Positions 38,301 to 46,532 of a stretch of DNA of 64,000 nt are shown here, piece by piece. The stretch's first letter is position 1; each line of letters opens with the position of its first letter. The stretch is from positions 186,001 to 250,000 of the IMG/VR virus record IMGVR_UViG_3300048438_000153, one strand, 5' to 3'. The notes beneath the pieces are model-generated. The model saw only the letters and a program-made list of their open reading frames with translations. It ran no database searches and was not told where the DNA came from. The translations under genes and the position numbers were made by a program.

Positions 38301-40521
38301 TATCTACGACGCCGTGATCAGTCATGAAGTCTTTCATTTCTCTTGAGAAGTTACCTTGCAGTCTCTTCGGAGAAACGAACAAGAATTGTTTCTCAGATCC
38401 AGGAGCTTCTTTGGTCTTCATGTAGTGGCGCATAGCACCGCCCGCCAAGAGAGTCTTACCCACACCTGTGTCGAGAGCCATTAGACCTGAGTATGCGTTC
38501 GCCTCAAGCCAAGCCATCGCCTCCATCTGCTTGTTGTTGAAACGGAAAGGACGCCCCTTAAACTCTGAGACGAATCCTCCGATAGCATCGGGAGTGAATT
38601 TCTTAAGGTTCTCTTCATTGAGAGCGCGGTCACGAGCTGTGAGCTCACGGTAGTACTCGTCAAGGTAGTCAAGAGCAGGCTTAGAAACAGCGCATGAGCC
38701 GAGCGTGTCTCTAATCGACTCGTAAGCAGATGGGTCGAAGTAATAGAAAGGGTTCAGACCGTTCACAGTGGGAGCGAGTCTAGGGTCTTTCTTCTGCTCG
38801 ATGGAAGGCTTCATAATCTTAGCAAGATCTTTGATCGCGTTGCGGTCTTGCTTGCTCGCGTTAGAGCTAGGGATGCCAAGAACGAGTCTCTTCTTGTTCG
38901 CAGAAAGAGTGATATAGGGCTCTCTTAAGCGGTTATTCACGACCTTCATGTACTTGGCGCGCGCAGAGCCTTCGCCAAGATCAAGGAAGCTAACCTCTTC
39001 ACCGTCAGGTACGAGATCGCCTACCTCATTTCTTACAAAGTCACCCTCGATCATCTCGATCTTCTGAGTTTCTCCATCTGCGGTGCGCGTGTAGAAGCTA
39101 CCCTCGATGAGACGGCCTGAAGCATTGACGAGATCTTCTAAGAGAAAGCCTTTATATTGACCCTCAACGATCACGTCAACCATCGTGTCGCCAACGATCA
39201 TCTTCTTAACTTTAACTACACGAGTCAGCGCCCTCTTTGAACTACCCTTCGCATCTGTGAGCTGAGCTGTCCTCATATCCCCTGAAAGAGCGGAGACGTC
39301 ATAGCGAGTGAGAGGGAAACTCTCTTCAGCGCCCTCATAGGTAATCTTAGAAAGGTACTCATAGACAGGAGTCTCCTGAAAGACATCCTCGCCCTCATAT
39401 CCCTTTGGCTGACGCTTCTTTACTTTCTTAACGCCGACCTGAATACGCTCTTCTTCGATTGTAGGCATCTGATTGAAGAGAGCCATTTCCTTTCCGATTC
39501 GGCTCTCGAACGCCTCCTCGTAATCATCTTTCGAGGAGAACATCTGATAGTCTGAAGTCTCCTCATCCACCAAGTATGGAGAGTAGATTCCCTTGATGAA
39601 GGGCTCAAGCCTCTCCTCATAGGCTTTCATCGCCTTCTCGTACCCACTCGCCTCTACGCGCGCCTCATATGACTCCCGCGACTCTCCTCTTCTCTTAGAT
39701 GGTCTGCGAGGTGGCTTACCTAGTGACTTTACTTGAGGGTCATAAGCGACTGTAGCAGTCTTAGCGCCACCGACGCCGAGGTAGTCTCTAGTCTTTCCTA
39801 CGACAAAACCCTGTTGCTCAAGTGTCGTCTCAAGCTCTTTCTGCTGAATGTCGAAAGCTCTCTTAAGAACATCATATTCCTCAGTATCATCTTTCGAGGA
39901 CTTGTTGAGCGCGCTCTCAAGGCTTGAGGGAAGAGCGAACTGAATATAGGGGAGATTGACGGAGCTGTTTCTTTTCTGCTTCGTAGACACCTCAATCCCC
40001 ATCAGTTTGAAGACACGTCCAAGGAGATCAGAGTAATTCTCAACAAGGCGGTTCTTGTAGGTCGCTTTTCTGACATACTTTCTGATGCGCCTGATGCGGT
40101 CATCTACAGGAGTGTTGATCTCTGAGGTTTCACGGATGAATTTCTCGAAGTCCTCGATCTCAGCTCTCATTCTCTGAGTGTCTTGGATGAAAGACTCCGA
40201 CATCTCGCTTGCGAACTTTCTACGGAGGTACTTAGTACCCTCATCGAACTTATCCACGAGAAGGATATTGTAGTTCTTAAACCTGTCGGCTTTCGCCAAG
40301 ATTTTAAGCATGAACTCGTTAGGCGTGATGAGGTGAGTATATACCGTAAAGAGCGCGTCGATCTCTTTGCGACGAACGGCGATAAACACTCGATCCTCAA
40401 GACCTTTTTCCTTTCTCTCTAAGATTTCCTCCTCAGAGAGCTTACGCCTCTTACCATAACGCCTCTTAACAACATCTGTAAGGCGACCCCTAAAAGGGAT
40501 GACTGTCTGCCTGTTCTTCAT
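35308..40521 (-). CDS. Large SNF2-family helicase/translocase, probably virion-associated
   Basis: KQMEA (Q), ALDTGVGKT (I), FFDEVNE (II), LLTAS (III), KGFNFQ (V), QRTARAYRTGQ (VI). Late motif at 40578-40593. Confidence 0.85.
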   Translation of the reverse strand: MKNRQTVIPFRGRLTDVVKRRYGKRRKLSEEEILERKEKGLEDRVFIAVRRKEIDALFTVYTHLITPNEFMLKILAKADRFKNYNILLVDKFDEGTKYLRRKFASEMSESFIQDTQRMRAEIEDFEKFIRETSEINTPVDDRIRRIRKYVRKATYKNRLVENYSDLLGRVFKLMGIEVSTKQKRNSSVNLPYIQFALPSSLESALNKSSKDDTEEYDVLKRAFDIQQKELETTLEQQGFVVGKTRDYLGVGGAKTATVAYDPQVKSLGKPPRRPSKRRGESRESYEARVEASGYEKAMKAYEERLEPFIKGIYSPYLVDEETSDYQMFSSKDDYEEAFESRIGKEMALFNQMPTIEEERIQVGVKKVKKRQPKGYEGEDVFQETPVYEYLSKITYEGAEESFPLTRYDVSALSGDMRTAQLTDAKGSSKRALTRVVKVKKMIVGDTMVDVIVEGQYKGFLLEDLVNASGRLIEGSFYTRTADGETQKIEMIEGDFVRNEVGDLVPDGEEVSFLDLGEGSARAKYMKVVNNRLREPYITLSANKKRLVLGIPSSNASKQDRNAIKDLAKIMKPSIEQKKDPRLAPTVNGLNPFYYFDPSAYESIRDTLGSCAVSKPALDYLDEYYRELTARDRALNEENLKKFTPDAIGGFVSEFKGRPFRFNNKQMEAMAWLEANAYSGLMALDTGVGKTLLAGGAMRHYMKTKEAPGSEKQFLFVSPKRLQGNFSREMKDFMTDHGVVDNRIYEMNYTKFAKIVRGIDRVEEFLAEKDPKKRERRLRDIPSDYWKDPSKPEMGSNYADSTEYFKDKYAICFFDEVNEALTGTKRKALSDLKHPRKILLTASAMERDPLDLYRFVAVARGAEFSAEKERAFAERFGNVIGGRFVGLKKGTREEFNTWVKANAYFAFKQDVNLEEIGLPKLQKPTSQVITVRLNERVEKEYRKLSGALARELKAMVKKYRDVIKKGGKYQESSFKNIVDFAQAKSVSKIRDLITLTTNPSKYFNEKVPNPKLDQAEKILMDRPGKAVCYFSADQTIVRQNAVKCSKSGVGGVHVALRRDSIEFYRAGKNIGAIKKDTGKTELSRVNLDSRRFASLSALERRLVDYSFLNAHPKAGEEFREEVQDLFELVEFNLNKYDSVLEEEEKEVIETPFNDLFKALTDKDVKRVKSSRNALKKVYFNPNGVFAFVSEQWAISATKMIFKDNPSIKSISCTDEYAKGFNFQFIGTVVHLDRGEGFDSELVKQRTARAYRTGQNKQVEVIYLDAVIAKGGDRTSGYGDSDKASAFGKDAMDMTIDEMKDLIQGADQDFFMDIIRKGMETDLIADYDSVERTTGESIRINKNLVSMLLDPSASNIKDVSEALENEDENPLKYLALDPSRFRSDPLFSSVIQESKDPSEARRVSDLTGLSSIVSYQFTSDDDFAIIEEGHVLSQSEDINLEVFVEENLDMTRTIYNKALSFSKCLPSDVPSRLIFGQIVSARADKNVSSIKADMDSSDLMTLPSLGFSSDIQIDFLDLDHEVLSKEEIAIKDWLVDNDRIRNGNEVSLSDLFLCTDDNKTELIGQRWWSANGTPLKRMSLSLNDSDVAQRVLNVYFKMKCNEFEMGLSDYLKRPSEPFDVDDASCWESYMSRRSAQDVLEAISTYSNEFKIAYYSNDNVRSMTDVGTIEKLKLKSKGFSKLLSPERERDALTDLMRKSDVILEEAWLSVAKSVERNSLIREKFMDEGDYQTASEFEDKE

Positions 40522-40604
40522 ATATGTACCCCTTGTGACAAGTGAGGTTATTTCTCTTAAACCAATAGAGCTGAGTAGATAAAACTACTATCGAGGAGAA
40601 AGAG

Positions 40605-41060
40605 ATGTGGTTGACATACCTAATCTTATCTGTTTTTCTAACCACATTAGCCCACGAGTACAGTCATGTCGGTATGGCTCAACTCTTAGTAGGTGTAGAT
40701 CAATACTCCATCAAACCCTTCATCCATAAACACAAAGAATTAGGGCTTGTAGGAGGATCTGTCTCAATCACTTATAAGAGAGCAAGAACAAAGTCAGAAG
40801 AAGCTTGGATTGCCTTCGCCCCACGCCTCACTAATGCTCTCTTCTTAATACTCCTACCGTTCACTGTCGATAAAGGATCTCTAGTGATCATCTTAGTAGC
40901 TACATTAGGATGCTACGATATGCTCAGGGGATCACTCCCCAATGACTCTGACTGTAAAGTCTATTGCAGTCATTGGAGGGTGAGTCCTTACCTAGTCAGG
41001 TACTATCAGCTCACTCTTTCTTATGTGAGCTTCCTCACCTTTCTACTCAGGCTTTCTTAG
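40605..41060 (+). CDS. Membrane zincin-like metallopeptidase (HExxH)
   Basis: TM then LAHEYSH, IAFAP, second hydrophobic hairpin, NDSD; GAGGAG RBS. Confidence 0.65.
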   Translation: MWLTYLILSVFLTTLAHEYSHVGMAQLLVGVDQYSIKPFIHKHKELGLVGGSVSITYKRARTKSEEAWIAFAPRLTNALFLILLPFTVDKGSLVIILVATLGCYDMLRGSLPNDSDCKVYCSHWRVSPYLVRYYQLTLSYVSFLTFLLRLS

Positions 41061-44000
41061 AGGATCACAAAGTTGATCGTGATCACACTGTCTGCGTTAA
41101 TCTGAGAACCTATCCTGTTGACAAGGCTGAACTCGAAGCTCGTAGCGTTCGTGATCGAATGCGCGTATACCTCGATACCGCCCTCAGCGAGAATGTCTCC
41201 TCCATTATCAGCAGAGGCCACTGTAGCCATGATGACGCTTGTAGATAACACTGAAGTGTTATTGACCACAAATCCGATTGAGTGAGCATCATCTGCTATC
41301 GCGGTATCGGTTGTCACCGCGACTTGGAAAGCCTTAGTGTTGGTGCTAAAGAGAGGCGCGTTAGTCACGCCCTCGTCACCTGTAAGACCTGTAGTCTTAG
41401 CGACTGTAAGACCACCGTTCTTGACATTCAAGCTACCTACGTCAAGGGGAGCGAGATCTGAGTCAGGAACGGAATAAGATGCAGCCGGCTCAGTTATGTC
41501 AGCTCGACCATGAAAAATCTTAAACGCGCCTGACTTACCGCCTACGGTGTTGTCTACCTCATATACGACACCCATAAGGAAGTCAGCAAAGTTAGAATCA
41601 CCGTAAGCACCTACAAAACCGAGATCGCGAGTTGATGCTGTATTAGTGTAGCCCACATATAGGGTAGGGTCTTTGAATCTTAAAGACCCTGAAACCGCGC
41701 TGTTTCCTGTGATCACACCTGTGACATCAAGATCGCCCGAGAGAGTCACTTTCTGATCTGCTGTCAGAGTGATCGTAGTCTCTCCGTCTGAGTTCTGAAT
41801 GACGTTATTCCCAAGAATAAGGTTACTGCCTGTCTCTACCTCGCCCGTAAACGTAGCCTTGTTTGCAGAGCTAAGAGTCAGAACAGTTGAAAGAGCACCC
41901 GCATTATCTCCACCTGTCTGAAAGATAACCGAACCGCCTGTGCCTGTCCCATTACCAACACCCGAGGAAATAGTGAGGTTCTCACCTACGGTGTCTTCGT
42001 CAGTCTGAGTAGTCACAGAAATAGAGGTCGCGTTGCTTCCATCACCTAGAGCTACACCTCCACCGCTAACAGTAAGACTGTTCGATGTGAGTGACCCTGT
42101 AGTTGAAAGGTTCTCATCTCCGAAAGAAATAACCCCCCCCGAGTCGGTAATAGAACCGTCAGCAAGAGTAAGAGTTCCAACAGATGAGCCTGAGACTCCC
42201 TCAGACACTTTCCCGAAGACTACTTTCTCACCTTCATTCGTGGTGACGAACTTGAGGTAAGAGTTAGCTCCCTCTGCGATGTCGAGAGCAGTCGCCTGAG
42301 CATCCGTAAGACTGATAGAAATGGTATTTCCATCGGCGGAGATACTATCTAGGGAGATATCGCCTACGTTAGTGATGTCTCCATCAGCAACACTTAACGA
42401 GGTAACAGTGGTTGCGCCCGCTCCGAGAGTTCCCGTAGTTGAGAGGTTCTCATCTCCAAAGGAAATAGCTCCGCTTGAGTCAGTAATAGAGCCGTCAGCG
42501 AGAGTAAGAGTTCCAACTGTCGAGCCTGAGACTCCCTCAGAAACCTTTCCGAAGACTACCTTCTCACCAGCGTCAGTTGTTACGAACTTGAGGTAAGAGT
42601 TAACACCCTCTGTGATATCAAGTGATGATGCTTGGTTATCAGTGAGGTTAAGGGTGATCGCGTTTCCGTCAGCAGAAATACTATCGAGAGCAATATCCCC
42701 TACGTTAGTGATGTCCCCATCAGTAACACTTAACGAGGTAACAGTGGCAGACCCCGCCCCGAGAGTACCTGTAGTAGAAAGGTTCTCGTTCCCAAAGGAA
42801 ATCGCGCCCCCTGAGTCGGTGATCGACCCGTCAGCGAGAGTAAGAGTTCCAACTGTCGAGCCTGAGACTCCCTCAGAAACCTTCCCGAAGACTACCTTCT
42901 CATCAGCGTCAGTGGTGACGAACTTGAGGTAAGAGTTAGCTCCCTCAGTAATGTCGAGTGAAGACGCTTGGTTATCAGTGAGGTTAAGGGTGATCGAGTT
43001 CCCGTCAGCAGAAATACTATCGAGAGCAATATCCCCTACGTTGCTGATGTCTCCATCAGCAACACTTAATGAAGTGACAGTGGTTGCGCCCGCCCCGAGA
43101 GTACCTGTAGTAGAAAGGTTTTCGTCCCCAAAGGAAACAGCGCCCCCTGAGTCAGTAATCGAGCCATCAGCGAGAGTAAGAGTTCCAACAGACGATCCTG
43201 AGACTCCCTCAGACACCTTCCCGAAAACTACCTTCTCATCAGCGTCTGTAGTTACGAACTTGAGGTAAGAGTTAGCTCCCTCAGTAATGTCGAGTGAAGA
43301 CGCTTGGTTATCAGTGAGACTGATGGAAATGGTATTTCCGTCAGCAGAAATACTATCTAGGGCGATGTCCCCTACGTTGGAGATGTCCCCATCAGTAACA
43401 CTTAATGAAGTGACAGTGGTAGCTCCCGCGCCGAGAGTACCTGTTGTCGAGAGGTTCTCGTCCCCGAAAGAAATAGCTCCACTTGAGTCAGTGATCGACC
43501 CATCAGCAAGAGTAAGATCTCCAAAGGTAGATCCTGTTGCTCCCGAGACTGTGCCTGTAGCCTCAAGAGTGCTGACAAGTAAACCAGCCTTAGAAAGACC
43601 CACAACACCTGAGAAGTCGGTAGTAGTTCCATTTACCGCACCGCTGTGAGTGCCTAGTAAGAATTTACCTTCACCCTCATCCCAAATGATAAGAGCATCG
43701 TCCTCAAGACCTCTATTCAGGAAGATCCCGATATCAGAGTTATTGTTATTATCCCCAATGTCCTTGTTGAGCTCAATCACTTGATCTGCAACAGAAAGGT
43801 TGGTTGTACTGATGATAGTCTGAGTGCCGTTTACGGTAATGTTCGTACAGGTGATAGAACCTGTAGTGGTCAGGTTCTCATCATCAAAAGTGATTGTCCC
43901 ACCTGTGGAGGTAATAGAACCGTCAGCGAGAGTAAGAGTCCCTACGGTAGACCCTGAAGCAAGTGTAGCCACCCCCGCTCCGAGAGTACCTGTGGTAGAA

Positions 44001-46471
44001 AGGTTCTCATCCCCGAAAGAAATCGAACCACCTGAGTCAGTGATCGAACCATCGGCAATAGTAAGAGTTCCAACAGACGATCCTGAGACTCCCTCAGAAA
44101 CCTTCCCGAAGACTACCTTCTCATCAGCGTCAGTTGTTACGAACTTGAGGTAAGAGTTAGCTCCCTCAGTGATGTCGAGAGCAGTCGCCTGAGCATCTGT
44201 TAAAGAGATGGTGAGGGTGTCTCCATCGGCGGAGATACTATCGAGGGCGATATCCCCTACATTCGTGATGTCCCCATCAGTAACACTTAACGAGGTAACA
44301 GTGGTTGCGCCCGATCCGAGAGTTCCCGTAGTTGAGAGGTTCTCATCTCCAAAGGAAATCGCGCCCCCTGAGTCAGTAATCGAGCCATCAGCGAGAGTAA
44401 GATTTCCAACAGACGATCCTGAGACTCCCTCAGAAACCTTCCCGAAGACTACCTTCTCATCAGCGTCAGTTGTTACGAACTTGAGGTAAGAGTTAACACC
44501 CTCAGTGATGTCGAGAGCCGTTGCTTGAGCATCCGTAAGACTGATAGAAATGGTATTCCCATCAGCAGAAATACTATCAAGGGCGACATCACCTACGTTA
44601 GTGATATTTCCGTCAGTAACACTTAATGAAGTGACAGTGGCAGACCCCACTCCGAGAGTTCCCGTAGTTGAGAGGTTCTCGTTCCCGAAAGAAATAGCTC
44701 CACCTGAGTCAGTAATAGAGCCGTCAGCGAGAGTGAGAGTTCCTACGGTAGACCCTGAGACTCCCTCAGACACTTTCCCGAAGACTACCTTCTCACCTTC
44801 ATTCGTGGTGACGAAGTTAAGGTAAGAGTTACCCGCTTCTGTGATATTGAGCGCGGTAGCTTCGTTATCCGTCAAAGTGATGGTGAGGGCACTGCCGTCA
44901 GCAGAAATGCTGTCGAGGGCGATATCCCCTACGTTAGTGATATTTCCGTCAGTAACACTTAATGAAGTGACAGTGGTAGCCCCCGCGCCGAGAGTACCTG
45001 TTGTCGAGAGGTTCTCGTTCCCAAAGGAAATAGCGCCCCCTGAGTCGGTAATCGACCCGTCAGCGAGAGTAAGAGTTCCTACGGTAGATCCTGAAGCAAG
45101 TGTGGCTACCCCCGCGCCGAGAGTTCCCGTAGTTGAGAGGTTTTCGTTCCCGAAAGAAATAGCTCCACCTGAGTCAGTAATCGACCCGTCAGCGAGAGTA
45201 AGAGTTCCTACGGTAGACCCTGAGACTCCCTCAGAAACCTTTCCGAAGACCACTTTCTCACCTGCGTCAGTTGTTACGAACTTGAGGTAAGAGTTAACAC
45301 CCTCAGTAATGTCGAGTGAAGACTCTTGGTTGTCTGTAAGGCTGATAGAAATGGCATTTCCGTCAGCAGAAATGCTATCTAGGGAGATATCGCCTACATT
45401 CGTGATATTTCCGTCAGTAACACTTAATGAAGTGACAGTGGTTGCTCCAGCTCCGAGAGTACCTGAAGTTGAGAGGTTCTCATCCCCGAAAGAAATCGAA
45501 CCGCCTGAGTCAGTAATCGAGCCATCAGCGAGAGTAAGAGTTCCAACTGTCGAGCCTGAAGCAAGTGTAGCCACACCCGCTCCGAGAGTTCCCGTAGTTG
45601 AGAGGTTCTCATCCCCGAAAGAAATCGCCCCACCTGAGTCAGTGATCGACCCGTCAGCGAGAGTAAGAGTCCCTACGGCAGACCCTGAGACACTCTCAAA
45701 TACTTTCCCGAAGACCACTTTCTCACCCTCGTCAGTTGTTACGAACTTGAGGTAAGAGTTAGCTCCCTCAGTAATGTCAAGAGACGACGCTTGATTGTCC
45801 GTAAGACTAATAGAAATGGTGTTGTTATCGGCGGAGATACTATCTAGGGCGATGTCCCCCACGTTAGTGATGTTTCCTTCGTTAACATTAAGAGATCCAA
45901 GAGAGAGAGTCCCTGATGTAAAGTCAGCGTTCCAAGAGTTGTCATTCTCGGTCACGTCAGCAGTACCTAGAGCGAAATAGTTGTTCTCTTCATCGAAATA
46001 GAAAACGCCAGGGTTCTGAGCCCCACCACCCTCTCCATCAGTCTGAAGTGGTCGTGTGAAGATGATGCCGATGGAGTCTCCGTTTGTTCCATTCGCATCG
46101 TGGGCGTTACCCTCACTCCCATCAGCCAAGACGATAACTCTATCCTGAACGAGAAGATCATTCGTAGTATTCTGAGTGGTTACGTTAAGTGTCCCAGGAA
46201 TAGAAATGATCGAGTTGGCTTGACCTAATGTGATCGTGTTGGCTCCAAGAGTAGGACCAATCACGATTGATCCTGTCACCCCTATGTTTGAGGTGATTGA
46301 AGCATTGTTAGACATATCGGCGCGAAGAAGGTCTGCGCCTCCCGCATCTGCGCCGTTGTGGACGCGGATAGACTCAGTAGTGGTATCTACCGTGACCTCA
46401 CCGATTGCGCCCGTAAAGGCATTGTTCTCAGCAGTAGTGCCTCTGCGTAATTGTACTCTTCTTACAGCCAT
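41057..46471 (-). CDS. Long tail fibre with Mtd-N-like N-terminus and modular repeats (1804 aa)
   Basis: VQLRRGTTAENNAFTGAIGEVTVDT N-terminal fibre-attachment motif; G/S/T/D-rich repeats. Confidence 0.85.
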   Translation of the reverse strand: MAVRRVQLRRGTTAENNAFTGAIGEVTVDTTTESIRVHNGADAGGADLLRADMSNNASITSNIGVTGSIVIGPTLGANTITLGQANSIISIPGTLNVTTQNTTNDLLVQDRVIVLADGSEGNAHDANGTNGDSIGIIFTRPLQTDGEGGGAQNPGVFYFDEENNYFALGTADVTENDNSWNADFTSGTLSLGSLNVNEGNITNVGDIALDSISADNNTISISLTDNQASSLDITEGANSYLKFVTTDEGEKVVFGKVFESVSGSAVGTLTLADGSITDSGGAISFGDENLSTTGTLGAGVATLASGSTVGTLTLADGSITDSGGSISFGDENLSTSGTLGAGATTVTSLSVTDGNITNVGDISLDSISADGNAISISLTDNQESSLDITEGVNSYLKFVTTDAGEKVVFGKVSEGVSGSTVGTLTLADGSITDSGGAISFGNENLSTTGTLGAGVATLASGSTVGTLTLADGSITDSGGAISFGNENLSTTGTLGAGATTVTSLSVTDGNITNVGDIALDSISADGSALTITLTDNEATALNITEAGNSYLNFVTTNEGEKVVFGKVSEGVSGSTVGTLTLADGSITDSGGAISFGNENLSTTGTLGVGSATVTSLSVTDGNITNVGDVALDSISADGNTISISLTDAQATALDITEGVNSYLKFVTTDADEKVVFGKVSEGVSGSSVGNLTLADGSITDSGGAISFGDENLSTTGTLGSGATTVTSLSVTDGDITNVGDIALDSISADGDTLTISLTDAQATALDITEGANSYLKFVTTDADEKVVFGKVSEGVSGSSVGTLTIADGSITDSGGSISFGDENLSTTGTLGAGVATLASGSTVGTLTLADGSITSTGGTITFDDENLTTTGSITCTNITVNGTQTIISTTNLSVADQVIELNKDIGDNNNNSDIGIFLNRGLEDDALIIWDEGEGKFLLGTHSGAVNGTTTDFSGVVGLSKAGLLVSTLEATGTVSGATGSTFGDLTLADGSITDSSGAISFGDENLSTTGTLGAGATTVTSLSVTDGDISNVGDIALDSISADGNTISISLTDNQASSLDITEGANSYLKFVTTDADEKVVFGKVSEGVSGSSVGTLTLADGSITDSGGAVSFGDENLSTTGTLGAGATTVTSLSVADGDISNVGDIALDSISADGNSITLNLTDNQASSLDITEGANSYLKFVTTDADEKVVFGKVSEGVSGSTVGTLTLADGSITDSGGAISFGNENLSTTGTLGAGSATVTSLSVTDGDITNVGDIALDSISADGNAITLNLTDNQASSLDITEGVNSYLKFVTTDAGEKVVFGKVSEGVSGSTVGTLTLADGSITDSSGAISFGDENLSTTGTLGAGATTVTSLSVADGDITNVGDISLDSISADGNTISISLTDAQATALDIAEGANSYLKFVTTNEGEKVVFGKVSEGVSGSSVGTLTLADGSITDSGGVISFGDENLSTTGSLTSNSLTVSGGGVALGDGSNATSISVTTQTDEDTVGENLTISSGVGNGTGTGGSVIFQTGGDNAGALSTVLTLSSANKATFTGEVETGSNLILGNNVIQNSDGETTITLTADQKVTLSGDLDVTGVITGNSAVSGSLRFKDPTLYVGYTNTASTRDLGFVGAYGDSNFADFLMGVVYEVDNTVGGKSGAFKIFHGRADITEPAASYSVPDSDLAPLDVGSLNVKNGGLTVAKTTGLTGDEGVTNAPLFSTNTKAFQVAVTTDTAIADDAHSIGFVVNNTSVLSTSVIMATVASADNGGDILAEGGIEVYAHSITNATSFEFSLVNRIGSQINADSVITINFVIL
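42090..45890. repeat. Nine 336 bp (112 aa) units, some with an extra 129 bp (43 aa) module
   Basis: Equivalent positions at 42260, 42596, 42932, 43268, 44153, 44489, 44825, 45290, 45755 (spacings 336/336/336/885/336/336/465/465). Confidence 0.92.
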
Positions 46472-46532
46472 TTCTTGTTCTCCTAGAAAGATGGGAGGGT
46501 TCTCTATTCTTACGTTTTATATAAACACTCTA

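Noticed and set aside
41057-46471. Mtd-like N-terminus suggesting a diversity-generating retroelement
   Set aside because: No reverse transcriptase in the window and no TR/VR pair differing only at adenines. Repeat differences are mostly synonymous and involve all bases.
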